Notes under the pieces: generated by a model
What the model was told of the DNA's origin: nothing
The model's database searches: none
What the model saw: only the letters and a program-made list of their open reading frames with translations
Part shown: positions 39,750 to 50,606 of the stretch, piece by piece
Numbering within the stretch: position 1 is the stretch's first letter
Layout: each line of letters starts with the position of its first letter
Assembly (NCBI GenBank): GCA_050951765.1
Contig: JBMNJR010000008.1
Coordinates: forward strand, 54,795 to 118,794
Direction of reading: 5' to 3'
Length of the DNA stretch: 64,000 nt
DNA from: a bacterium
GTDB lineage: Bacteria > Bacillota > DTU030 > JBMNJR01
Made by a program: the position numbers and the translations under genes

Positions 39750-40570
39750 AAATACTGCAAAGGATTTCAAAACTGTTACCGGAAATCAAAGCAAGAAAAC
39801 CGCTAATCCATCATATAACAAACTTTGTCACTGTAAATGATTGTGCAAATATTACTCTTGCCATCGGCGCTTCCCCGATCATGGCTGTTGATGGGGCTGA
39901 GGTGGCGGAAATTGTGTCAATGGCCTCTGCACTAGTATTGAATAGCGGCACATTAACTTCTGACTCCATTAAATCTATGCTTATAGCGGGGAAAAAAGCA
40001 AACGAGCTGAAAATACCTGTAATTCTTGACCCTGTGGGAGTGGGTGCTACTACATTAAGAAATGAAGCAATAAGAAAGCTATTGACAAATGTTAAAATTG
40101 CGGTACTTAAAGGCAATATGTCAGAAATAAAGTTTATATCCGGCTTGGATGTTAGCATTAGAGGGGTAGATTCTACCGCAAGTGAAGAAGGAAGCGCAGA
40201 AGCAGCAAAAAAATTGGCTGCGCAGTTAGGATGCGTGGTGGCTATAACAGGTAAGCGGGATATTATATCGGATGGAGATATAACCTTTTTTATCGATAAT
40301 GGCCATGAAATGTTGGCACATATTACCGGCACCGGCTGTATGATCTCATCATTAATCGCCTCATACAGTGGGGTTACAGATGATTATCTAACTGCTACTT
40401 TGGGAGGGATAATCTCAATGGGAATTGCCGGGGAAATTGCTTCCCGATCATTAACAAACGACCAGGGAATAGGAAGCTTTAAGGTGAATCTATTTGATTG
40501 TATCTATAAACTTACATCAGATACGATCATAAAAGAAGGTGCTATAAGTGTTTACGAAAGAAAGGATTAA
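39746..40570 (+). CDS. thiM: Hydroxyethylthiazole kinase
   Basis: Conserved ThiM N-terminal region; 4 nt overlap with thiD. Confidence 0.85.
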   Translation: MKILQRISKLLPEIKARKPLIHHITNFVTVNDCANITLAIGASPIMAVDGAEVAEIVSMASALVLNSGTLTSDSIKSMLIAGKKANELKIPVILDPVGVGATTLRNEAIRKLLTNVKIAVLKGNMSEIKFISGLDVSIRGVDSTASEEGSAEAAKKLAAQLGCVVAITGKRDIISDGDITFFIDNGHEMLAHITGTGCMISSLIASYSGVTDDYLTATLGGIISMGIAGEIASRSLTNDQGIGSFKVNLFDCIYKLTSDTIIKEGAISVYERKD

Positions 40571-41177
40571 TTATACTCTCTATTTAGTAACCGATAGGGA
40601 TTTATTAGGCAAGAGGGATCTGGCTACAAGTATTGCGGAAGCTATTGCCGGTGGTGTAACTATGATTCAGTTGCGAGAAAAGAAATGTACAACAAGAGAA
40701 TTCTATAATCTTGCTGTCAAAACAAAAGCAGTCGCTGCCAGTTACAAGATACCCTTTATTGTTAACGATAGGTTAGACATAGCTTTAGCAGTGGATGCTG
40801 ACGGGCTTCATGTTGGCACTGATGACCTGCCGGTAAGTGTGGCCAGAAATTTGCTTGGTCCCGATAAAATTTTAGGAGTATCAGCGGCAAATCTTGCTGA
40901 GGCGCAGGCAGCACAAGCCCAAGGCGCCGACTATCTTGGTGTAGGAGCCATCTTCCCAACCGCAACCAAAGAGGTTACCCACAGTGTAAGCTTAACGGAT
41001 TTGCGGCTGATTAAATCCTCTGTGCAAATTCCCATAGTGGCTATCGGCGGCATCAACGAAACAAATGCAAAAGAAGTAATGCAGACAGGTATTGACGGAA
41101 TTGCTGTGGTTTCCGCTATTCTAAGCAAACCTGATATCTGCGCTGCAGCCCAAAAACTCTATAGTATAATAGTTTAG
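40548..41177 (+). CDS. thiE: Thiamine-phosphate synthase
   Basis: YLVTDR motif and TIM-barrel ThiE features. Confidence 0.9.
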   Translation: MFTKERINYTLYLVTDRDLLGKRDLATSIAEAIAGGVTMIQLREKKCTTREFYNLAVKTKAVAASYKIPFIVNDRLDIALAVDADGLHVGTDDLPVSVARNLLGPDKILGVSAANLAEAQAAQAQGADYLGVGAIFPTATKEVTHSVSLTDLRLIKSSVQIPIVAIGGINETNAKEVMQTGIDGIAVVSAILSKPDICAAAQKLYSIIV

Positions 41178-41307
41178 CCCCAGCATTTTACTATTTTATC
41201 TCGAAACTGAACATAACCGGCCTGGCAGTCAGAAATCTTCTCGCAAAGATTAACTATGCTCAAAGGTATCCTCTCCCTCACCTGTGAGGTTTGGGCACAT
41301 CCAAAAA

Positions 41308-41339
41308 GGACCGTCAGCATCAGCCCGACGGTCCTTTTT
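41308..41339. terminator. Rho-independent terminator (bidirectional-looking)
   Basis: A-tract, GGACCGTC...GACGGTCC hairpin, TTTTT. Confidence 0.55.
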
Positions 41340-41469
41340 GTTTCACCGGCAAAAACACGGCCTTGTTCAACCAACATATCCATAACCTGCACCATCAGGT
41401 TCTGCCCTTCCCTCTTTTGGCTGAACAAACCATCCTTGAAATTTATGTAAAATAACCATGATATTACAG

Positions 41470-41507
41470 GAAAACGAATCAAAAACGGTTCTTCTGCGAA
41501 GAACCGT
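41470..41507 (-). terminator. Rho-independent terminator of the MATE gene
   Basis: 9 bp stem ACGGTTCTT/AAGAACCGT, followed on the minus strand by TTTTGATTCGTTTTC. Confidence 0.55.
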
Positions 41508-41580
41508 CAGTAATTATTGCTATTATATTATCATAATAAAAGCCAAATCTATGCGCTCCTGTTTATTCACCGCTTCCACT

Positions 41581-42945
41581 TCAACTTTTCGAAATCCTTC
41601 CGCTTGCATCCCTCTCCAAATTTTGCATACCATAATAAAACCAGATACTTGTTAAGCACACTGCACATAAATCTGCGAATGGCGCGGCATGCACTAAACC
41701 CCTAATACCCCAAAAGCGCGGGAAGATGATCACTGCCGGAATAAGAAAGATTACCTGCCTGGTAAGGGTTAAAAACATGGCGACTGCAGCCCGGCCAATA
41801 CACTGAAAATAACTGGAGGCAATAATCTGAAAGCCGACAACCGGCAGAAGCAAAAACCATGACTGCAAGGCTGCTGTGCTAAATTCAACCAGTTCCGGAT
41901 CCCGGTTAAATAAGCCAACTAACTGTTCCGGGAATAATCGGGTAACAGTATAACCCGCCACTACAATAACAGTGGCTGCTATAATCGCTAGCTTTATCGC
42001 CGTTTTTACCCGCGCAAATTTTCTCGCGCCATAATTAAAACTGATGATGGGCTGCACACCTTGCCTGATACCTATCACAGGCATTAGAAGAATTGTCATC
42101 AAACTGTTAATTATACCCATACCGGAAACTGCAATATCGCCGCCATACATTAACAAGTTCTTATTTAAGATTGCATTTAGGAGGCTGTTGGCCAGCTGCA
42201 ATGAAAACCCCGGAACTCCCAAGGCTGTTATTTTTGCAATAATACCTAGTTTTAGTTTCATATATTTTAGTTTCAGTTTATTTTTACTCCGGTGCCCAAG
42301 AAAATAGGCCACTACCCAGGTTGCAGAAACACATTGGGCTAAAATAGTAGCCAAAGCTGCACCGGTCATACCCATATTAAAGACAATGATAAACAATGGA
42401 TCTAAACATATATTCAGGCCAGCGCCTAAAAACATCGTATACATGGCAATTTTGGGGTTGCCGTCAGCACGAATAAAATTATTCATCCCCATACTTACCA
42501 CTTGAAAAACGGCACCAAAAAAAATTACGCGCATATATTCTATAGAATAGGGCAAAATTGCCGGGCTGGCACCAAATAAGGTTAATAGTGGTCGCAAAAA
42601 TATTTGTCCGAGAACCATAAACACTATTCCGGCAGTAACCAGCATAACAAAAGCATTACCCAGCACATACTCAGCCTCTCCCTGCCTGCCTTCGCCCAGT
42701 CTAATAGAAAATAAGGTTGCCCCGCCGACACCGAACAAAATCCCCATTGACATCAAGATAATCATAATCGGGAAGCCAATGGTAATTCCTCCGATACCAT
42801 TATGCCCCACATTATTACCAATAAAAATCCGATCGACAACATTATATAATGAATTGACCACCATACCCACAATGGCAGGTAGAGAGAATTTCACTAATAG
42901 ATCAAATACTTTTTCTTCACCCAACGGGTTTGCTGCTGCCTGCAT
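41581..42945 (-). CDS. MATE family efflux transporter
   Basis: 454 aa polytopic protein with MATE-like N-terminus; directly downstream of a MarR regulator. Confidence 0.8.
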   Translation of the reverse strand: MQAAANPLGEEKVFDLLVKFSLPAIVGMVVNSLYNVVDRIFIGNNVGHNGIGGITIGFPIMIILMSMGILFGVGGATLFSIRLGEGRQGEAEYVLGNAFVMLVTAGIVFMVLGQIFLRPLLTLFGASPAILPYSIEYMRVIFFGAVFQVVSMGMNNFIRADGNPKIAMYTMFLGAGLNICLDPLFIIVFNMGMTGAALATILAQCVSATWVVAYFLGHRSKNKLKLKYMKLKLGIIAKITALGVPGFSLQLANSLLNAILNKNLLMYGGDIAVSGMGIINSLMTILLMPVIGIRQGVQPIISFNYGARKFARVKTAIKLAIIAATVIVVAGYTVTRLFPEQLVGLFNRDPELVEFSTAALQSWFLLLPVVGFQIIASSYFQCIGRAAVAMFLTLTRQVIFLIPAVIIFPRFWGIRGLVHAAPFADLCAVCLTSIWFYYGMQNLERDASGRISKS

Positions 42946-42946
42946 A

Positions 42947-43393
42947 TTACAATTCCTCCATTGCCTTTTTTAGATCTGTTTGCTCAACTTTATCGACCAT
43001 TCTTTCCAACACAGATATAACAACATTAACCGTTTCTTTATCTAATCCCTCAGTAAGAAATTCAACCCACCGCCTTACTTTTTGTCTTATTTCATCCTTA
43101 TACTCCTTTGCCTTGGGGGTAAGATAAATTCTATTAAACCTCTTATCAGCATTATCCTTATTCTTAAACACATAACCCTTCTCTTCCAACGATTTGATGG
43201 CGCGGGTTGTTGCCGACTTATCTATATACAAGTATGTGGATAAATCTTCCTGTGTCATCCCATCTTTTTTATAAAGACAGAGTAAAAAAGCATATTCTGC
43301 TGCAGTAATATTCAATTCTTTTAATACATAATTAATATATACCTGGGCTTGCCGGTGTAAAATGGAAAGCAAACGACCTAAACTGCCATGCAA
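42947..43393 (-). CDS. MarR family transcriptional regulator
   Basis: Winged-HTH region MTQEDLSTYLYIDKSATTRAIKSLEEKGYV; TTG start with RBS GAAGGTGA. Confidence 0.8.
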   Translation of the reverse strand: MHGSLGRLLSILHRQAQVYINYVLKELNITAAEYAFLLCLYKKDGMTQEDLSTYLYIDKSATTRAIKSLEEKGYVFKNKDNADKRFNRIYLTPKAKEYKDEIRQKVRRWVEFLTEGLDKETVNVVISVLERMVDKVEQTDLKKAMEEL

Positions 43394-43410
43394 AATATCA
43401 CCTTCTTTCG

Positions 43411-43451
43411 TTGACTTAGCAATTATATCCTATAATTAATTGCCAAGTCAA
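43411..43451. promoter_or_regulatory. Inverted repeat, candidate MarR operator
   Basis: TTGACTTAGCAATTA, 11 nt, TAATTGCCAAGTCAA (14 of 15 complementary) 18 nt upstream of the MarR start. Confidence 0.35.
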
Positions 43452-43524
43452 CTAAATTAATATAAATGGTCGTGTCAAATAGTTGTAGGACATTTACTTT
43501 TATCGTCCCTTTTGGTTTTTGTCA

Positions 43525-44934
43525 CTAGAGCCTGATATTACCGTCTTGAAGGCCACGTAAACAGGGAAACATCGGAACCACTTTGCCCCTCTTTAATATG
43601 GGTATATTGGCGAACTTTTCATTAGATACTTTTTCGAATGACCGGTTCATTTTCCGCATCATGCTCTGGTTAAATCTATATCTTAAACTTGTACCCTTAG
43701 ATTTGGTATCACGAAAATGTTTTAGTTCTATCTTCCCACCACTTGCCATAAACGCTCGTAGTTCCGCCATCTTTCGCAGCCCTTCTTGGCTCCAGCCCAT
43801 GGGGCGGCTGCTTATTCTGCTCGAGAGAATATGGCTCACATGACCTCTGTACAGCTGCTGCCGCATTCTTCATGGTTATATATTACTATTGCTTCCCAGT
43901 TGTTGGTTATATATCTATGGAATTTGCGTATTTTCTCCTTCTCAGAGACACTGCCAGCCTTTTGGTATAGGCCTTTGATGATTGCTCTAAAGGCCTCTTT
44001 ATCAGAGTTTGAAAGTGCTGTGTAAATAGCAGTTCTTGCTTCCGGGTGTTGGCTCGTAGCAGTCATGATTGCTTTATTCAGGTGGTAACGATCTAATACT
44101 AACTTAGTGTTGGGAAGCCATTTTAGGCCTTCTTTTATCCAGGCCGCGCCATCACCATGTAGATAGATGCGTTCTATCTTCTCGGCTTCTGCCGCCTCTA
44201 ACCATAGGTCTTCATTGTCTTTACCACTACTGCTTATGTAATGGGTATTGATGCAGCTGCCGCGCTTTCTTTGCCTTTCTATCCCTTCGTGTATGCTTAT
44301 CAGCGGTACTATGCTGTTTTTACCGTCTTGCATGGATGCATGGTCTTCATCTGCATTTATATATAATACCGATGCCTGGCGTTTTTCGGTGGGCAGATCT
44401 ATCTTTAATTTTTTTACCTTGCGTAGCTTATTCATCACTGTTTGCCTACTTACTTCGCCCTTTGTAACGTATTTACTGCTTTTACCGTACGAGTTTTCAC
44501 TAGCACATTCTATGAGCCTTTGTGTAACAGCGGTGGATACTCGTTCGTATTTCTCTATCCCTACTGCTTTATCCAATAAATAGACATGCTCATCGTTCCT
44601 TTGATCATGAAAATAGGGTCCTGCTGAATACTATCTGTCCAAACTGTGTATAAAGCTCTCGCTTATCTTTCCTACGCTCAATTACAATTCCTTCTTGTCT
44701 TCTACTTGCTTTATCATCAACTATGGATTTGTCCAGCTCCTCAAGGTACGCTTCTACAATCTCTACTATGAAATTATCGGCCTTTTCTTTAAGATTTACT
44801 TCCATTTCTGCTATCGTTTTAGGTCCATCACCTTCAATGAAAAATTCTGCTACCCCCTTTATGAAATTTTCACAGATTTGTAGTAGAATAGTATCAAACA
44901 AGAGATCTCCTCCTTTGGTAATTGTTGTGGGCAA
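43525..44934 (-). pseudogene. ISLre2-type (UPF0236) transposase, fragmented into three frames
   Basis: Three collinear ORFs (44605..44934, 43836..44576, 43525..43866) that appear to be consecutive parts of one transposase. Confidence 0.55.
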
Positions 44935-45049
44935 ACTCTATTTTACCAAAAAGGACGATCTCTTGTTTCTTTTTTCCTACAATTATTTTACACTAGGAAT
45001 ATAAATAAACCTATACGCATAAATTAAGAACCCTTAAGACAGCAAAAGC

Positions 45050-45079
45050 TTGACCGTTGCATCACATTGGGTTTACAAT
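45050..45079 (+). promoter_or_regulatory. Sigma-70-like promoter for tRNA-Ala
   Basis: TTGACC, 18 nt spacer, TACAAT, 12 nt upstream of the tRNA. Confidence 0.4.
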
Positions 45080-45091
45080 AGGAAATAAGAG

Positions 45092-45166
45092 GGGCCTGTA
45101 GCTCAGTGGGAGAGCGCCTGACTCGCATTCAGGAGGTCGAGGGTTCGACTCCCTTCAGGTCCACCA
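45092..45166 (+). tRNA. tRNA-Ala (anticodon CGC)
   Basis: Cloverleaf with G3:U70 alanine identity pair, anticodon loop CTCGCAT, T-loop TTCGACT, encoded CCA. Confidence 0.85.
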
Positions 45167-45518
45167 TAAAAATACAGTAAAACCCGGGGGTTACAGCCCC
45201 TGGTCATTTTTGTTTCCCGGCCAGCAGCCTAAAAAGGGAACAGACGCTGCCGCAGCTCCTCCTGTGGAAATACTGGGTAGAAAGTGCACCTGCTTTTAGT
45301 TCCCTTGCAGATAAATCGTCCCCTTTTTCTTCCTAATCTCACGAAGAGGAAACCGATAGCATCCTTTTTGGATGGGTAATCGTGGCTGACCCTAACAGTG
45401 CAGAAAATGCCTATGAAACAATGAAAAATGGCGGCCTCCATAACGCCATAGCATGGAGGAACCGCCATTCTTTGTGGCTATTGTAACCGGCAACTCTCAT
45501 TCCCGGGATTGATGAGAC

Positions 45519-46150
45519 CCATTCTACTCCTTGGGGAATTCTGCTGTTACGATTTCCTGAATCCGTGACACTAATTCTTGCACAATAGCTGCCCCTTTGT
45601 CGGCACTAGCCCCTTCGGCACTGTAGAGGATACCGCTTTCGGGTACTAACCCGGCGGGTTCCGGAAAAACCAAAGGCCTGGGTTGATGTTTTTTGCCCCT
45701 TTTGGGGCTGGAATCCGTTCCGGGTGCACCAAATCAGGGCGGAAATACATAATTAGGGACGTTTCTGCAAACTGGCGTGCTCAACTTCCCAGCCGGGAAA
45801 ACCTTCCGGGAAAAGACTATTTAAAGTGTTTTCGGTTACTAAATCCCACCAGTTAACAATAACTACCTTGACGCCGGGGTGAGCTGTAGTAACTAAATGG
45901 GCAGCCTCACCCATAAACGATGTATTTTCAAAATGCCCGTTCATAAGCAGGTTGCCGGCTGGGAGCGATAACCATAATGAATTGGCGGGGCAACCAGTAC
46001 CGGTTCCCTTTCGCCTAATGCCAAAGCTAGATGATAAGGAATTAAAAGGTCTACACTCAACGGCAGATGGGGACCATGTTGTTCCACCGAGCCTACACAC
46101 AGGGCAATTGTAGAACCGGACATCTTCCGGGCAAACTCTTGCCAATTCAT
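45519..46150 (-). pseudogene. Creatininase family gene, decayed paralog of 6692..7498
   Basis: VGSVEQHGPHLP, NGH and C-terminal ADKGAAIVQELV segments lie in three different frames, with internal material missing. Confidence 0.5.
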
Positions 46151-46155
46151 ATCGG

Positions 46156-46269
46156 TTAAGGCAATTGAAGCAAAGTTGGTTTTCCGTTGAGCGAAACATG
46201 ATCAACTGCTCGTATTTCACCAAAATTTTTTACCACATCAACTATTTGTACATCATACTGTTCAACCAT
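46156..46269 (-). pseudogene. ABC transporter ATP-binding protein, N-terminal remnant
   Basis: RBS GAGGTGG plus ATG; MVEQYDVQIVDVVKNFGEIRAVDHVSL matches an ABC ATPase N-terminus, then stops before the Walker A motif. Confidence 0.4.
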
Positions 46270-46398
46270 TTTTATTCCCACCTCAAACAGTGAAGGGGCA
46301 ATTAGAAAAATTGCCCTTCACGTAAAAATTATAGAAAGATCAATACGGTAACACTAAAACATCTCGTATGGGACAAATAGTCGCATGACTATACAGAC

Positions 46399-47508
46399 TT
46401 ATTTACTCTTAAACTGCTCCCATATTGTTTGCCATTCTTTTTCATTGGCTGGAACTATCCTGGTAGCGATGCGGTCAAGCATATCATTTAACAGTTCTGG
46501 ATTGTCCATCCGCAGCAATGCAGCCTGTTCCGCACTGAGATAATCAGCTGCTTTCATATTGGGCACCGTTGAATGGAAAGCGTTTGCCCAAGCCAATTTT
46601 GCCTGTACTTCCGGACTAATAAGATACTGCACAAAGGCTTTGGCAGCTTCCGGATTTTGGCTATGTTTCATAATTGATAGTGATTCTGTCCAAGACACGC
46701 CGCCTTCTTTAGGCATAACCACTTCAATGGGATACCCTTCTCCCTTTAACAGCACTTGTAGCCATTCACCGCCAAAACTTAACCATGCACTTTCATTCGC
46801 CAAAGCTTGAATTGTATCGGCGTTGGTAGCGGCAATCACGCCTACCTGAGGACGTAAAGAATATAATGTTTCCTCCAGTTCATCCAAGTCAGGACCTTCA
46901 ATCTCATAAGGCTGCTCATGCCCCAGATAGGCTCCCAACATACCCATATTGGGCAGATACCAGTCAAAAAGAACAATTTTCCCTTTATATTTTGGATCCC
47001 ACATTACATCCATAGACATGGCTTCTTCTTCAGTTACATAGTTTGAATTATAGACAATACCATAGTAACCCCACCGGCTGACAATGGAATACATTTGATC
47101 ATTCACAAAAAGCTGTTCAAAATCCTGCCAGTGGTCATAAAAGTTTTTAATCTCCGGATAATCACCGGGATCAAGCGGTGCAATCATATCAGCAGCTACC
47201 AACTTCTCCACCCAAGGAGTATCCGGTGTCACAACGTCCCACTCCCCCGGTTGAGAATTGGTAAGAATAGAGAACATTTGATCTGAGCTGGAATAAACCC
47301 GCGAATTAACCTTAACTCCATACTTTTCTTCAAAGGGTTGAATAATTTGTTCTTCCTCATATCCGGGCATAACCAAGATATTTAACGTACCGCCTATATA
47401 ATTTTCATCTTGATCACCACTGGGTGCAGTAGTTTGTTGACCACAACCGGAAAGAATGAGAATGGCAAAAGTGAATACTAGCAACAATGCTATTGCCTGC
47501 CTTTTCAT
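46399..47508 (-). CDS. ABC transporter substrate-binding lipoprotein (polyamine PotD-like)
   Basis: Lipobox LSGC after signal peptide; 369 aa periplasmic-binding-protein-like sequence. Confidence 0.75.
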   Translation of the reverse strand: MKRQAIALLLVFTFAILILSGCGQQTTAPSGDQDENYIGGTLNILVMPGYEEEQIIQPFEEKYGVKVNSRVYSSSDQMFSILTNSQPGEWDVVTPDTPWVEKLVAADMIAPLDPGDYPEIKNFYDHWQDFEQLFVNDQMYSIVSRWGYYGIVYNSNYVTEEEAMSMDVMWDPKYKGKIVLFDWYLPNMGMLGAYLGHEQPYEIEGPDLDELEETLYSLRPQVGVIAATNADTIQALANESAWLSFGGEWLQVLLKGEGYPIEVVMPKEGGVSWTESLSIMKHSQNPEAAKAFVQYLISPEVQAKLAWANAFHSTVPNMKAADYLSAEQAALLRMDNPELLNDMLDRIATRIVPANEKEWQTIWEQFKSK

Positions 47509-47948
47509 GTGGGAAACCCCCCTCTTTTTATGCTTGATTTATAATATATATACTATATAATGTATATTTATCCGTGTCAAGTACAAGTTATTGCCCCTAA
47601 TATTTTAAAACTAAAATTAAATTTTAAACTTCCCGCTTGTGCCAAGAAAAACGCACTATTCTTCACCGGCTATAGCAATAACAAAGAAGTATTTTTATTA
47701 AACATGTTCCCTTCAATACCGGCAATTTGGCAGCTTTACACACAACCCTTTATCATCCCCTGCCGGTCGGACTTGCATGCGAACAATAATTTTCCCCTTG
47801 CATAACCTGTAGCAAGGGGTGATGATATGAACCGGCAAAGCAATATCAGTTTTGCGCTTGGTTTAAATGGATTTAAGAAAATAACCCCTGTACGGGGTTT
47901 TGATAAAAAAATCGGGATAATGCCCGGCAAAACAACTATGTCTGGTCT

Positions 47949-49340
47949 ATGGCAGAAATGGGTGATTATATCTATGTCGGTACGGCTAGGAATATCGTCC
48001 ACTCTTTGCTGCGATTTATCAGTGAAATGGTTGGCGAGGAGATCCCAGTTCCTCCGGAACTACAACCAATAAATGTTGATGACAGCGGTGAAATCTGGCG
48101 CTACCATAAAAGCGGCCGTTTCGGCTGGGAAAGGGTTTATAAGGCACCTCCGGAACCGATGAACATTGGGTTTCGGTTTATGAAACGTTATACATCACCT
48201 GCCGGAGAAACAGCTCTATATGCCGCCGCCCTTACGCCCTTAAACCCAGAATTGCTTATCCTTAAATCTGCCGATGGCGAGCATTGGTATCCCTTGGAGT
48301 CGGGGATTACCGGTTATTCAGCCAGGTATATGGCAGAACACAAAGGTAAGCTTTATATGGGAGCACTACCCTTCTTAGGCTTGGGAGAAACACTGTTATA
48401 TGTTAGCGAAGACCCCGAGGGGGAAGGATGGCAATTGATTGATGTAAACGGGGTGCCGGGGAAAAACCCGCGGGGCAGTATTGACCTTATACTTAGCTAC
48501 AATGACCGCCTTTATGTGGGAACTGTACAGTCCAACGGTTTTGAGATCTGGCGGACACTGGGTGAGCTGCCGGAAAAAGATAATTGGAAGCTGGTCGTTG
48601 ATCAGGGAGCAGGCGATGCCCGCAATGAGCACCCTTGGGCTGTTGATTTTTTTCAGGAGCATATCTACGTTGGCTCCGCCATTGAAGCTGCGGTATTCAG
48701 CGCTGTTCCGGAACAAAATATTGTCCCGCCCAAGGGTTTTGACGTGATTAGGATCGATAAAGAGGATAATTGGGAATTGGTGATTGGTGGAGATCCCGTT
48801 GTGCCAACTGAGCCCACCACTGGAACCAGGGGAAAACCGATCAGCGGCTATGATTCCGGCTTTGGCAATATATCCAATGCTTATTGCTGGCAGATACAAA
48901 CCTTCGGTAAGAAATTATATTTAGGAACCTTTAGTTGGTCAGTATTGCTTCCAGCCTTTATTCCCTTGTTACTGGATATTCTCAAAATTTTATTGGCGGG
49001 GAATACCGGAGACAAATTGGCTAATACGGGATTTAATATTGAGGAAATAGCCGAAATGGAGCTGTTCTTAAAAAGACCGCATATCGATCAATTCCTACAA
49101 TATATTGCCCGCTTAATAATGAAGCTAGGATACCGTGTTTTTGGTTTTGACCTGTGGAAAACCAGAGATGGTGTGCATTGGGAGGCAGTGACTTTAAATG
49201 GTCTCGGAAACCCATACAATTATGGGGTGCGAATGTTATTTCAATCTGAAGATAATAAACTATATCTGGGCACAGCTAACCCTTTCCAGGGGTGTGAGGT
49301 CTGGGTAAAGCAAAGACCATTTCGAGATAGCGATGATTAG
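47949..49340 (+). CDS. Hypothetical protein with repeated LY(V/L)GT blades (beta-propeller-like)
   Basis: 463 aa; recurrent motifs YIYVGTARN, LYMGALPF, LYVGTVQSNGFEIW, IYVGSAIE, LYLGTFSW, LYLGTANPFQGCEVW; no family recognised. Confidence 0.55.
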   Translation: MAEMGDYIYVGTARNIVHSLLRFISEMVGEEIPVPPELQPINVDDSGEIWRYHKSGRFGWERVYKAPPEPMNIGFRFMKRYTSPAGETALYAAALTPLNPELLILKSADGEHWYPLESGITGYSARYMAEHKGKLYMGALPFLGLGETLLYVSEDPEGEGWQLIDVNGVPGKNPRGSIDLILSYNDRLYVGTVQSNGFEIWRTLGELPEKDNWKLVVDQGAGDARNEHPWAVDFFQEHIYVGSAIEAAVFSAVPEQNIVPPKGFDVIRIDKEDNWELVIGGDPVVPTEPTTGTRGKPISGYDSGFGNISNAYCWQIQTFGKKLYLGTFSWSVLLPAFIPLLLDILKILLAGNTGDKLANTGFNIEEIAEMELFLKRPHIDQFLQYIARLIMKLGYRVFGFDLWKTRDGVHWEAVTLNGLGNPYNYGVRMLFQSEDNKLYLGTANPFQGCEVWVKQRPFRDSDD

Positions 49341-49433
49341 CCTAAAGCCTCTATTTTGCGGAAAACACTGATGGGAAGGGAATTTTAACATGCAATTATA
49401 TTATTTTATGGAGATAAAACAATCCACCGGGTT

Positions 49434-49730
49434 TTGGATGAAGCTGAATTTTGGAAGCAGCAAGAGGCTGAGTACACAGTAGTAATACGCCAAATAGTTT
49501 CCGATCTGGAACCTGAGCTTGTGCGGCAGTTGAAACAATTTGAGTTGGCATTTCAACAAACAAAAGGTTTAGCAGTCAGATGTATGGAAGCTTTAAACAG
49601 AGCCGGCAGTTGTCTTCATCCTAATCTGCGACAACAAATATTCCTTAATCGACTGCGCTCTCAGGCAAAGTCAACAATTTATCATGTTATTAAACCGCAT
49701 ACTTGCAGAAAACGAGGCAGTGCGTCATAA
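49434..49730 (+). CDS. Hypothetical small protein
   Basis: 98 aa ORF with TTG start and no clear RBS. Confidence 0.25.
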   Translation: MDEAEFWKQQEAEYTVVIRQIVSDLEPELVRQLKQFELAFQQTKGLAVRCMEALNRAGSCLHPNLRQQIFLNRLRSQAKSTIYHVIKPHTCRKRGSAS

Positions 49731-49779
49731 TTTCATAGCACATGTGGTCATCAATCTATCCGCCGCGAATCGGAATGCT

Positions 49780-50313
49780 TTATTGGAATTGCGCAAACCG
49801 TTCTGAATACCTGATGAGCAAATGGTTTTTCCATAACAGAACTTTAATTAAAATAAGGAAGTCAATCCCTAAGGTGGCAGGTTCAGCAGCCAAGTTGAAA
49901 AAATCCGGATCTGAAATAGTTATACGGTAAATAACCGTAGTCCCTTTATCTTGCTCACGTTCTATTTTTAAAACATCCTCAATCCCTGTCGGTGGGTCTA
50001 TGGCAAGAACTTCAAATTGGTTGATGGGGATAAAGGTTAGCCCACCATCTGTGGAGATTTCTACCACCAAATCATCTTCCGTCAGTTCCGGGCAAATCTG
50101 TAATACCCAGTGACTTAAATCAGGGGTAACAGGTCCACCATCGTCTATCTGGATAATATATGTCCAATAGGATACTTCATTGGTGAAGTCATAAAACGGA
50201 TTAGCCTCTGTAGTATCCCCAGGTATTAACTGTTGTGCTGGAAAACAGATAGTATAATTAGGATCCTCCGGTGGTCTGGAACAACAAATATCTGTTTGCA
50301 AAATATTAGGCAT
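49780..50313 (-). CDS. Hypothetical protein with N-terminal CC..PP Cys motif
   Basis: About 177 aa from ATG 50313 (RBS GAGGTG); N-terminus MPNILQTDICCSRPPEDP; no family recognised. Confidence 0.45.
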   Translation of the reverse strand: MPNILQTDICCSRPPEDPNYTICFPAQQLIPGDTTEANPFYDFTNEVSYWTYIIQIDDGGPVTPDLSHWVLQICPELTEDDLVVEISTDGGLTFIPINQFEVLAIDPPTGIEDVLKIEREQDKGTTVIYRITISDPDFFNLAAEPATLGIDFLILIKVLLWKNHLLIRYSERFAQFQ

Positions 50314-50606
50314 CAAAAGCACCTCACACTCGCTTCATAACTGAAGCTTTGTATTATTGCTATATACTATGTCCTCCGGCCACGCTGCGTGCAAATGCTT
50401 TAATTATAACTAAGGTTATAATTTAAAAAGTCCTCAACCAAAGTCCTTGTATCGCTATGTACCGGGTCATTGGAAATATAGGTGACATTAAGATTTATGT
50501 TTAAGCATCTGCTTAAATTGAAGCCGGGATAATAATTTAATAATTCTCTCCTAACTTGAAATACTAATATTAACTTTATGCAATATTCAGGATGGAGGAT
50601 TTGCAG

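Noticed and set aside
41174-41482. 102 aa minus-strand ORF between thiE and the MATE gene
   Set aside because: TTG start without RBS, spans two terminator hairpins, and has no recognisable similarity.
45229-45468. 79 aa minus-strand ORF downstream of tRNA-Ala
   Set aside because: No RBS or homology; region is better explained as the terminator and 3' remnant of the creatininase pseudogene.
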